Source of the DNA: Emiliania huxleyi CCMP1516
Lineage: Eukaryota
NCBI RefSeq assembly: GCF_000372725.1
Contig: NW_005201213.1
Coordinates: 124,001-188,000 of the forward strand
Direction of reading: 5' to 3'
Length of the DNA stretch: 64,000 nt
The notes under the pieces were generated by a model that saw only the letters and a program-made list of their open reading frames with translations, was not told the origin of the DNA and did no database searches. This document shows, one piece after another, positions 12,701 through 24,700 of the stretch (the first letter of the stretch is position 1; every line of letters begins with the position of its first letter). Made by a program: the position numbers and the translations under genes.

Positions 12701-15700
12701 CAGCGCGCGCGCTGTCTGCCGACGCCGGCCCCGAGGCGGCGGCGGCATCATCGCTGGTCCTCTCTGGAGCGGTGTCGAGCGTCGCGTCCGGCGCGGGCGC
12801 CACTCGTGCGACGGCGGCGGCGGCTGGCGGGCCTCGCTCTGTCGCGTTTGCCGCGGGGGTCGGCGGCGCCCGCGCCGAGCGCGATTCGCTCGCCGTGATG
12901 GCGGCCGCCTTTGACATCGTGCGGGCCCACACCGCCAAGGTCGCGCTGCCGGTGTGGCTGCTGACGAGCCGCGCGTTCGGCGCCCGGCCATCGGGCGGGT
13001 CTGGCGCGTCCGCGCACGCGGGCATGATGGGTTTGGCCCGCCAAGTGCGGTCCGAGGCGCCGACGTGCCGCCTGCCAGTCATTGACCTCGACGCCGCCGC
13101 GGCAGTGGCGGGCTCGGCGGCGGCCGCCGCGATGCTTGGGCTGGGGTACTCGGGCTTGCCTGAGCCCGAGGTCGCTTTCGACGCCGGCCGGCCGCGCGTG
13201 CCGCGGCTGGCCGAGGCGCCCGGCTCAATCAGCGGGCCTGTTCGGATGCACTTCGACGCGCGCGGCGCGGTGTCGAACCTCCGGATCGTGCCTCAGGCCG
13301 AGGAGAGCTCCCCGCCCGCGGACGGCGAGGTCGAGCTGCGCGTGCGAGCGGTCGGTCTCAACTTCCGCGACGTGCTCAACGTCCTCGGCGTGTACCCCGG
13401 CGACCCCGGTCCTCCCGGCAGCGACTGCGCTGCAGACGTGGCTCGCTGCGGCGGCGGCGCGCCGCACCTGCGCGTGGGCGACGCTGTGCTCGGCCATGGC
13501 CTGGCGGCGCTGGCATCGTTTGCGCGGAGCGACTCGCGGCTGATGGCGGCGATCGACGACTCGCTGACGGTCGAGCAGGCGTGCACCCTGCCGACGACGT
13601 GGTGCACGGTTCACATGTCGCTCCTCGCGTCGCGGCCTCGCGCGGGCCACCACGCGCTGCTGCAAGCGGGCGCCGGTGGCGTTGGCCTCGCAGCGGGCGA
13701 GTACACACATTGGGTCGGCACGCGCGCAAGCGTGACGGTCGGCCGGCCGTACAAGCATTGGTATTTGCATGGCATGGGTCTGCGCGGCGAGACGCTCAGC
13801 TCGCGCGACGGCGGCGCGTTCCTCGCCGGCGCGGCGGCGCTCGTCCGCGCGTCGCGGCTGCGCTTCGTGCTCAACAGCTTGTCCGCCGACTTCATCGCTG
13901 GCTCGTTTGCGCTGCTGGGCGAGGGCGGCTGCTTGTGCGAGATCGGCAAGCGCGCGGTGTGGAGTGCGGAGCGGCTGCGGAGCGCGTCGCTTGCGCGCTA
14001 CGTGGCGATCGCGCTCGACAGCACGATCGAGCAGACGCCGGTGTGGATGCGGGGCACACTCCAGCGGCTGTCTGCGCGCGCGGCGGCGCGCGTGCTGCAC
14101 GGGCTGCCACTGCAGAGCTTCGGGCTGGAGCGCGGCCTGCTCTCCGCGTTCCGCAGCCTGCAGGCCGGCACAAACACCGGCAAGGTGGTCATCCTCATCC
14201 CCGCCACCGCCACCGCGCCGCCGCGCGACACGCATCTGCTCTCTGGCGGCACCGGCGGGCTCGGCCTGCTGACGGGCCGGTGGCTGGCCGCGGGCGGGGC
14301 CTCCACGGTTGTGCTCGCGGCGCGCGGCGGCGCGGTGTCGGAGGCGGACGGCGCGCGGCTGCGGAAGGCGCGGCCGCAATGCTCCGTGTGCGTGGCGCGC
14401 GCCGACGCGGCGGAGCTGGCCGACATCCGGCGGCTGGTGAGCGGGGCGCGTTGTGGCGAGGCGGGTCGGCTCGCGGGCTTGTGGCACGCGGCCGGCGTCC
14501 TATCCGACGGGTTGCTGCGCGCCCAGACGGCGAGCACGCTCCGCCGCGTGTACGCTCCAAAGGTACACGGCGCCTGGGGCTTGCAGCTTGCGTGCGCCGC
14601 GGCGCCGCTCGATGCGTGCGTCCTCTTCTCGTCCATCGCGTCGCTGATCGGCGGCGGTGGGCAGTCCAACTACGGCGCGGCGAACGGTTGCCTCGACTCG
14701 CTTGGCGTGTGTCGGCGGCAGCGCGGCCAGGCGGCGTCGAGCGTGCAGTGGGGGCCGTGGGCGGACGTGGGCATGGCCGCGAGCAGCTCGGTCAACGCGC
14801 GGATCCAGGCGTCGGGCATGGGCCTGATCGGGCTGGAGCAGGGCGCGACGGCGTTCCGTGCAGCGCTGCTGCCGGGCGTGCCGGCCGTGATGAGCTTGGT
14901 CGTCCTTTCGTGGGGCAAGTTCCTCGGTCTGATGCCGACGGTGCCGCCGCTGCTGGAAGGGTACGCCTCCCGCAAGGCGGCGCCGGCGGCGACTGGCGGG
15001 GCGTCTGAGAGCCGCGTCGTGACGCTCGAGATGATCATGGAGTCGCTCGAGTCGACCATCGGCACGGGCGTGGATGCGGACGCGCCGCTGATGGAGGCTG
15101 GCCTCGACTCGCTTGGAGCGGTCGAGCTCGGCAACCAGCTGCAGCAGGCGTCGGGGCAGACGCTGCCGTCGACGCTCATCTTCGACTACCCGACGGCGCG
15201 GCAGCTCGCGGCGTACTTCGAGAGCTCCTCCAAGTCTGCCGGCGGCAGCGACGAGGCGGCCGGCGCGGCGACGTCCGCCGCCACGGCGCGGGCGGCTGCG
15301 ACGCCGTTCAGCGCGGGCAGCTCGAGCACGTCTGGCGTGGTGCGCGTGTGCGGGCTGAGCGCCATGATGCCAGGGCGGGTCGGCCTTGTGAGCGGACTGG
15401 CGCAGATGGCGTCGTGCGGCAGCGACCTGATCTCAGAGGTGCCGCTCGGGCGCTGGCGGGTCGGCGGGCCAGGCTTCCCGGATGGCGTGATCGGCCAGCG
15501 CGCCCGGTACGGCGGCTTCCTGAGCGACGCGGAGCTCTTCGACAACGCGTTCTTCAGCGTGTCGCCGTCCGAGGCGGGGGCGATGGACCCCCAGCAGCGG
15601 CTGCTCCTCGAGCGCTCGTTCGAGGCGCTGCACGGCGCGTCGTTCCAGAGGACCTCCCTGATGGACCTGGTCGCCGGCGTCTTCCTCGGCGTCGCGGCGA

Positions 15701-18700
15701 ACGACTTTGCGGAGGTCGTGCGGACGACGCCGTCGCTCGCGCGCAGCGTGTACGCTGCGACGGGCAGCAGCCACTCGGTCGCCTCCGGGCGCATCTCGTT
15801 TGTGCTCGGGATGCAGGGCCCGTGCGTGTCGTACGACACCGCGTGCTCGGCGGCGCTGGCGGCGAACCACGCGGCGCTGCGCGCGCTCCAGCACCGCGAG
15901 TGCGTCGCCGCGCTCTCGGTCGGTGTGAGCATGATGCTCCTCCCCGGCGTCGGCATCACCTTCGCCACCGCCGGCATGCTCTCCGCCGGCGGCCACTGCC
16001 ACACCTTCGACTCGCGCGCGGACGGGTACGTGCGTGGCGAGGCGTGCTGCGCCGCGACGCTGCGCGTCAGCAGCTTTGCCGCGCACGACACGCTGCGACT
16101 GGTCGGCAGCTGCGTGCGGCAGGACGGCAAGAGCGCGAGCCTGACGGCGCCCAACGGCCAGGCGCAGCGGGCGCTGCTGTGGGCCGCGCTCGCCGACGCC
16201 GCGATGCTGAGCGACCAGGTGGCTTGCGTGGAGGCTCACGGCACGGGCACGGCGCTGGGCGACCCGATCGAGGCGCGCTCGCTCGCCTCGCTGCACACGG
16301 GGCGGCAGGACGACGAGGCGCTCGCGGTGGGGAGCGTCAAGGCGAACGGCGGGCACGCCGAGCCAGCGGCGGGCATCACGGGTCTGCTGCGGCTGGCGGT
16401 CGGTGTGCGTGACCGGGTGGCGCCGCCGAACAGCCAGCTGCGCGCCGTCAACCCGCACGTGGTGGAGGCGTTCGACGGCATCTCGTGCACGCTTCCGACC
16501 CAGCTGTCGGCCGCGCCGGCGTGCTACGCGCAGGCGAGCGGGCTCTGCGCCGGCGGCGTGAGCTCGTTTGGGTACAGCGGCACGATCGTGCACGCGCTGC
16601 TCCAGGACGACGGCGTGGCGCGTGGCGCGGGCAGGCCGGCGGCGGCTTCGTCGCCGCATTACGTGCGCCGGTCTTTCGCGTGGTCGGAGCAGGCGCATCC
16701 GCTAGCGCAGGGGGTGGACGCGGCGGCGCCGAGCGGGCTCGTTCGCTACGCATCACCGGCAGCCGGCGCACTGCGTAGCTTGGTGGCGGACCACATCGTC
16801 CAGGGCCGCGTCGTCTTCCCTGGCGCCGGCTACCTCGAGATGGCGCGCGCGGCGAGCGACGCGGCGACCGACGCGGCGACCGACGCGGCGAGCAGCTTGC
16901 TGCGGCGCGTCTTCTTCCTGCAGCCCCTCTTGCTCGACGGCGACGTGGCACAGTTGCGCGTGGTGTGCGAGCTCAACGCGGCGGAGGAGCGCTTCGAGGT
17001 GCGAAGCGAGCTCACCGAGGAAGGGGCAAGCACCGCCCATTGCGGCGGCTCGACGGGTGCGGCGCCGCCGGACGACGAGCGGCGGCGCCCACAGCCGGCT
17101 GCGGTGCGCGGGAGCTGCGGGGCGGCGGTGAGCGCCGCGGACCTGTACTCCGCGTTCCGGGGGATGGGCCTCGAGTACGGCCCTGCGTACCGCACGCTCG
17201 CGGGCATGTGGGCGTCGCCAGCTTCGGGTGCTGCGGTGGGGCAGCTGCGGCGGCGCAGGCGGCTGCAGGGCACCTCCGTGCACCCAGCCGACCTGGACGG
17301 CGCGCTGCAGCTGACGGCGCTGCTCGCGACTGGCGCGGCGTCGGAGGTGCGGCTGCCGTTCTCGGTCGAGTCGGCAGCGCTGCGCGGCGCACGCGGCCAC
17401 TTGTTCCCGGTGGCGGAGCGGCAGTCGGCGAGCACGACTCGCGTCGCTCTGGTGAGTCAGAGCCGACGCGGCGGAGGCGGCGCGCATTTGTCGGGCTTCG
17501 AGACGCGAGCCCTCAAGGCCGGCGCCGCCGCGCGGCCGGCTGCGCCGAAGAGGCACCTGTACGTGACGGCGTGGACAGCGCGCGCGCTGTCTGCCGACGC
17601 CGGCCCCGAGGCGGCGGCGGCATCATCGCTGGTCCTCTCCGGAGCGGTGTCGAGCGTCGCGTCCGGCGCGGGCGCCACTCGTGCGACGGCGGCGGCGGCT
17701 GGCGGGCCTCGCTCTGTCGCGTTTGCCGCGGGGGTCGGCGGCGCCCGCGCCGAGCGCGATTCGCTCGCCGTGATGGCGGCCGCCTTTGACATCGTGCGGG
17801 CCCACACCGCCAAGGTCGCGCTGCCGGTGTGGCTGCTGACGAGCCGCGCGTTCGGCGCCCGGCCATCGGGCGGGTCTGGCGCGTCCGCGCACGCGGGCAT
17901 GATGGGTTTGGCCCGCCAAGTGCGGTCCGAGGCGCCGACGTGCCGCTTGCCAGTCATTGACCTCGACGCCGCCGCGGCAGTGGCGGGCTCGGCGGCGGCC
18001 GCCGCGATGCTTGGGCTGGGGTACTCGGGCTTGCCTGAGCCCGAGGTCGCTTTCGACGCCGGCCGGCCGCGCGTGCCGCGGCTGGCCGAGGCGCCCGGCT
18101 CAATCAGCGGGCCTGTTCGGATGCACTTCGACGCGCGCGGCGCGGTGTCGAACCTCCGGATCGTGCCTCAGGCCGAGGAGAGCTCCCCGCCTGCGGACGG
18201 CGAGGTCGAGCTGCGCGTGCGAGCGGTCGGTCTCAACTTCCGCGACGTGCTCAACGTCCTCGGCGTGTACCCCGGCGACCCCGGTCCTCCCGGCAGCGAC
18301 TGCGCTGCAGACGTGGCTCGCTGCGGCGGCGGCGCGCCGCACCTGCGCGTGGGCGACGCTGTGCTCGGCCATGGCCTGGCGGCGCTGGCATCGTTTGCGC
18401 GGAGCGACTCGCGGCTGATGGCGGCGATCGACGACTCGCTGACGGTCGAGCAGGCGTGCACCCTGCCGACGACGTGGTGCACGGTTCACATGTCGCTCCT
18501 CGCGTCGCGGCCTCGCGCGGGCCACCACGCGCTGCTGCAAGCGGGCGCCGGTGGCGTTGGCCTCGCAGCGGGCGAGTACACACATTGGGTCGGCACGCGC
18601 GCAAGCGTGACGGTCGGCCGGCCGTACAAGCATTGGTATTTGCATGGCATGGGTCTGCGCGGCGAGACGCTCAGCTCGCGCGACGGCGGCGCGTTCCTCG

Positions 18701-21700
18701 CCGGCGCGGCGGCGCTCGTCCGCGCGTCGCGGCTGCGCTTCGTGCTCAACAGCTTGTCCGCCGACTTCATCGCTGGCTCGTTTGCGCTGCTGGGCGAGGG
18801 CGGCTGCTTGTGCGAGATCGGCAAGCGCGCGGTGTGGAGTGCGGAGCGGCTGCGGAGCGCGTCGCTTGCGCGCTACGTGGCGATCGCGCTCGACAGCACG
18901 ATCGAGCAGACGCCGGTGTGGATGCGGGGCACACTCCAGCGGTTGTCTGCGCGCGCGGCGGCGCGCGTGCTGCACGGGCTGCCACTGCAGAGCTTCGGGC
19001 TGGAGCGCGGCCTGCTCTCCGCGTTCCGCAGCCTGCAGGCCGGCACAAACACCGGCAAGGTGGTCATCCTCATCCCCGCCACCGCCACCGCGCCGCCGCG
19101 CGACACGCATCTGCTCTCTGGCGGCACCGGCGGGCTCGGCCTGCTGACGGGCCGGTGGCTGGCCGCGGGCGGGGCCTCCACGGTTGTGCTCGCGGCGCGC
19201 GGCGGCGCGGTGTCGGAGGCGGACGGCGCGCGGCTGCGGAAGGCGCGGCCGCAATGCTCCGTGTGCGTGGCGCGCGCCGACGCGGCGGAGCTGGCCGACA
19301 TCCGGCGGCTGGTGAGCGGGGCGCGTTGTGGCGAGGCGGGTCGGCTCGCGGGCTTGTGGCACGCGGCCGGCGTCCTATCCGACGGGTTGCTGCGCGCCCA
19401 GACGGCGAGCACGCTCCGCCGCGTGTACGCTCCAAAGGTACACGGCGCCTGGGGCTTGCAGCTTGCGTGCGCCGCGGCGCCGCTCGATGCGTGCGTCCTC
19501 TTCTCGTCCATCGCGTCGCTGATCGGCGGCGGTGGGCAGTCCAACTACGGCGCGGCGAACGGTTGCCTCGACTCGCTTGGCGTGTGTCGGCGGCAGCGCG
19601 GCCAGGCGGCGTCGAGCGTGCAGTGGGGGCCGTGGGCGGACGTGGGCATGGCCGCGAGCAGCTCGGTCAACGCGCGGATCCAGGCGTCGGGCATGGGCCT
19701 GATCGGGCTGGAGCAGGGCGCGACGGCGTTCCGTGCAGCGCTGCTGCCGGGCGTGCCGGCCGTGATGAGCTTGGTCGTCCTTTCGTGGGGCAAGTTCCTC
19801 GGTCTGATGCCGACGGTGCCGCCGCTGCTGGAAGGGTACGCTTCCCGCAAGGCGGCGCCGGCGGCGACTGGCGGGGCGTCTGAGAGCCGCGTCGTGACGC
19901 TCGAGATGATCATGGAGTCGCTCGAGTCGACCATCGGCACGGGCGTGGATGCGGACGCGCCGCTGATGGAGGCTGGCCTCGACTCGCTTGGAGCGGTCGA
20001 GCTCGGCAACCAGCTGCAGCAGGCGTCGGGGCAGACGCTGCCGTCGACGCTCATCTTCGACTACCCGACGGCGCGGCAGCTCGCGGCGTACTTCGAGAGC
20101 TCCTCCAAGTCTGCCGGCGGCAGCGACGAGGCGGCCGGCGCGGCGACGTCCGCCGCCACGGCGCGGGCGGCTGCGACGCCGTTCAGCGCGGGCAGCTCGA
20201 GCACGTCTGGCGTGGTGCGCGTGTGCGGGCTGAGCGCCATGATGCCAGGGCGGGTCGGCCTTGTGAGCGGACTGGCGCAGATGGCGTCGTGCGGCAGCGA
20301 CCTGATCTCAGAGGTGCCGCTCGGGCGCTGGCGGGTCGGCGGGCCAGGCTTCCCGGATGGCGTGATCGGCCAGCGCGCCCGGTACGGCGGCTTCCTGAGC
20401 GACGCGGAGCTCTTCGACAACGCGTTCTTCAGCGTGTCGCCGTCCGAGGCGGGGGCGATGGACCCCCAGCAGCGGCTGCTCCTCGAGCGCTCGTTCGAGG
20501 CGCTGCACGGCGCGTCGTTCCAGAGGACCTCCCTGATGGACCTGGTCGCCGGCGTCTTCCTCGGCGTCGCGGCGAACGACTTTGCGGAGGTCGTGCGGAC
20601 GACGCCGTCGCTCGCGCGCAGCGTGTACGCTGCGACGGGCAGCAGCCACTCGGTCGCCTCCGGGCGCATCTCGTTTGTGCTCGGGATGCAGGGCCCGTGC
20701 GTGTCGTACGACACCGCGTGCTCGGCGGCGCTGGCGGCGAACCACGCGGCGCTGCGCGCGCTCCAGCACCGCGAGTGCGTCGCCGCGCTCTCGGTCGGTG
20801 TGAGCATGATGCTCCTCCCCGGCGTCGGCATCACCTTCGCCACCGCCGGCATGCTCTCCGCCGGCGGCCACTGCCACACCTTCGACTCGCGCGCGGACGG
20901 GTACGTGCGTGGCGAGGCGTGCTGCGCCGCGACGCTGCGCGTCAGCAGCTTTGCCGCGCACGACACGCTGCGACTGGTCGGCAGCTGCGTGCGGCAGGAC
21001 GGCAAGAGCGCGAGCCTGACGGCGCCCAACGGCCAGGCGCAGCGGGCGCTGCTGTGGGCCGCGCTCGCCGACGCCGCGATGCTGAGCGACCAGGTGGCTT
21101 GCGTGGAGGCTCACGGCACGGGCACGGCGCTGGGCGACCCGATCGAGGCGCGCTCGCTCGCCTCGCTGCACACGGGGCGGCAGGACGACGAGGCGCTCGC
21201 GGTGGGGAGCGTCAAGGCGAACGGCGGGCACGCCGAGCCAGCGGCGGGCATCACGGGTCTGTTGCGGCTGGCGGTCGGTGTGCGTGACCGGGTGGCGCCG
21301 CCGAACAGCCAGCTGCGCGCCGTCAACCCGCACGTGGTGGAGGCGTTCGACGGCATCTCGTGCACGCTTCCGACCCAGCTGTCGGCCGCGCCGGCGTGCT
21401 ACGCGCAGGCGAGCGGGCTCTGCGCCGGCGGCGTGAGCTCGTTTGGGTACAGCGGCACGATCGTGCACGCGCTGCTCCAGGACGACGGCGTGGCGCGTGG
21501 CGCGGGCAGGCCGGCGGCGGCTTCGTCGCCGCATTACGTGCGCCGGTCTTTCGCGTGGTCGGAGCAGGCGCATCCGCTAGCGCAGGGGGTGGACGCGGCG
21601 GCGCCGAGCGGGCTCGTTCGCTACGCATCACCGGCAGCCGGCGCACTGCGTAGCTTGGTGGCGGACCACATCGTCCAGGGCCGCGTCGTCTTCCCTGGCG

Positions 21701-24700
21701 CCGGCTACCTCGAGATGGCGCGCGCGGCGAGCGACGCGGCGACCGACGCGGCGACCGACGCGGCGACCGACGCGGCGAGCAGCTTGCTGCGGCGCGTCTT
21801 CTTCCTGCAGCCCCTCTTGCTCGACGGTGACTTGAGTGCAACGGCGGTCAGCGTGGACATCTCCATGGCCGACGAGCGGTTCGACGTCAACACCGAGGAC
21901 ATCGAGACGGGCAGTAAGACGTCGCACTGTGCGGGCGGTGCGTCCATCCTCCAGAAGGCGGTGCGCAGCTTGTCGCACGCGGGCTTGCGCGCGTCGTGCG
22001 CGCAGCCAGTCGACGCTGCCGTCATCTACGCGGGCTTCCGCTCGGTCGGCCTCGAGTACGGCCCCGAGTACCGCACGCTCACTTCGGCGCGCGTGTCGCG
22101 CGATGCGGGCGTCGCTGTTGGCCAGTTGCGCCGGCGCTCGCGCAAGGAGGGCACGAGTGTCCATCCGGCCGACCTCGACGGCTCGCTGCACCTGACTGCC
22201 TTGCTGGCCGAGGCAACTGCGGCGGGCGAGATCCGGCTCCCCTTCTCGGTCGGCGAAGCGGCGCTGACTGACGTTAGCGGCTCTTCGTGGCCGGTGGCGG
22301 AGCGGCAGGGCGCCAATATGACGGGCGTGTGGGTTGGGGCCAAGGACGCCAAGTCGGCCAACTCGCCTGGTGCACGCCTGAGCAACTTTGAGACGCGCGT
22401 GCTCAAGGCGGCGCCTCTGGCAACTCCGGCACGCAAGTCGACCCACCTGTACGTCACGTCGTGGCAGACTACGACGGTGCCGGCCGCTGAGGACGCCAAG
22501 GCAGCGCTCGTGATATGCGCCTCGGCTCTGGCCGGCGCTACCTCGAGTTTTTTTAGCGCTGCGGGAACGGCGCCGCCAACGTCGATCGGCTCAGTGGTGT
22601 ACGCCGTCGGCCTCTCTGCTGGCGCCAAGGCCTCCCACTCGCTCGCCGGCCTGATGGCCGCGTTTGATGTTGCGCGCACGCACACCATCACGCGTTCGAC
22701 GCCTCCAATGTGGATGGTCTCGGCTGGCGCCCTTGCCGCCCGCTCGAATGGCACCAGCGTCTCGAGCCACGCGGGCCTGATGGGCCTGACCCGCCAGGCG
22801 CGTTCCGAGGCGCCGCAGTCGTGCTTGCCAGTCATCGACTTGGACGTGCTCAGCCCGGGCGTGACCGAGCTGGCGGCGGTGTCGAAGCTGGCCGGCAAGC
22901 TCGGCCTTGGCTACAACGGCACGCCCGAGCCCGAGATCGCCTTTGACGGCACGAGCCAGCGCGTGCCGCGCCTGACCGAGGCGGCCGGCTCGCTGGGCGG
23001 ACCGATCAAGCTCTACTTCGACGCCCGCGGCGCCGTCAGCAACCTGCGGGTGGTCTCGCAAGAGGAGGACGACTCAGATTCGGTCCACGGTGAGGTCAAG
23101 CTGCACGTTGGCGCGGTCGGCCTCAACTTCCGCGACGTACTCAACGTGCTCGGCGTGTACCCCGGCGACCCGGGCCCTCCCGGCGGTGATTGCGCAGTTC
23201 ACGTTGCTGCCGTGGGCACCGGGTTCTCGCACCTCAAGGTTGGCGACGCAGCGCTTGGGCACGGCCTCGCTGCTCTTGCTTCTCTGTCTAAGTCTGACGC
23301 GCGCCTGATGGCGGCCATCACCGACTCGCTCTCGTTCGAGCAGGCGTGCACCCTGCCGACGACGTGGTGCACGGTTCACATGTCGCTGCTCGCGGCCCGG
23401 CCGGCGGCTGGCCACGACGTGCTTCTGCACGCTGGCGCTGGTGGTGTCGGCCTGACCTCGCAAGAGTACTGCCACTTCATCGGCAATTGCGCGATGGCCA
23501 ACGTCGGCCGGCCGTACAAGCACTTCTATCTGCACAAGATGGGCCTCGCCGGCCGCACGCTCAGCTCGCGCGACGGCAGCGCCTTTGCGCTCGGCGCGTC
23601 GAAGCTGCTTCGCTCCGGCCGGCTGCGCTTCTCGCTCAACAGCCTGTCGGCGGACTTCATCGCGTGCACCTTCGCGCTGTTGCAGCAGGACGGCCGTTTG
23701 TGCGAGATTGGTAAGCGCGCTGTGTGGAGCTACGAGCGGCACGAGGTGGCGTGCTCCAACAACTTCACGATGATCGCGCTCGACTCGACGATCGACCAGG
23801 CGCCGTGGTGGATGTGCGGTACGCTCAGGACTCTGTCCGCACGCGCGGATGCCTTTGTGCTCCACGGCTTGCCCATGGAGCTCTTCGACCTCGAGAGGAA
23901 CGTCTTGGCCGCCTTCCGCACGCTGCAGAGCGGCACCAACACCGGCAAGGTGGTGGTGCGCATCCCGAAAACGGCCCCGACGCCGCCACGCGGGGCCCAC
24001 CTGCTCTCTGGCGGCACGGGCGGCCTCGGCCTGGTCACGAGCAAGTGGCTCGGCGAGAGCGGCGCTTCTTCGGTGGTGCTCGCGGCCCGCGGCGGCAAGG
24101 TCGCCCCTGCGGACAGCGAGACGTTCAAGAGGATCGCCAAGTGCAGCTTCAGCGTAGTCAAGTGCGACGCGGCCGAGCTGGCGGACACCGCTCGCATGGT
24201 GGGCGCCATTCTTGCCAAGGACAGCACGCTGGCGGGCGTGTGGCACGCGGCGGGCGTGCTGTCGGACGGGCTGTTGCGCGGCCAGAACGCTTCGACAATC
24301 AAGCGCGTCTTCGCGCCCAAGGTGGCTGGCGCGTGGGCGCTGCAGCAGGCGGCCGCCATGGCGCCGCTCGACACGTATGTGCTCTTCTCGTCTATCGCCG
24401 CGCTGATTGGTGGCGGCGGCCAGTCCAACTACGCTGCGGCCAATGGCATGCTCGACGCACTCGGCGCTTGCCGGCGCGTGCGCGCCATGAACGCGACGTC
24501 AGTGGAGTGGGGCCCGTGGGCGGCCATCGGCATGGCAGCGGACGAGTCAATCAATGCTCGCATCCAAGCCAGCGGCATCGGGCTCATCAGCCTCGAGCAG
24601 GGAACACTTGCCTTTCAGGCGACGCTGCAGCCTGCCGTGTCTGGCGTGATGAGCCTGGTGGTGCTCACTTGGAGCAAGTTCCTGAGCCTGCTCCCAGAGG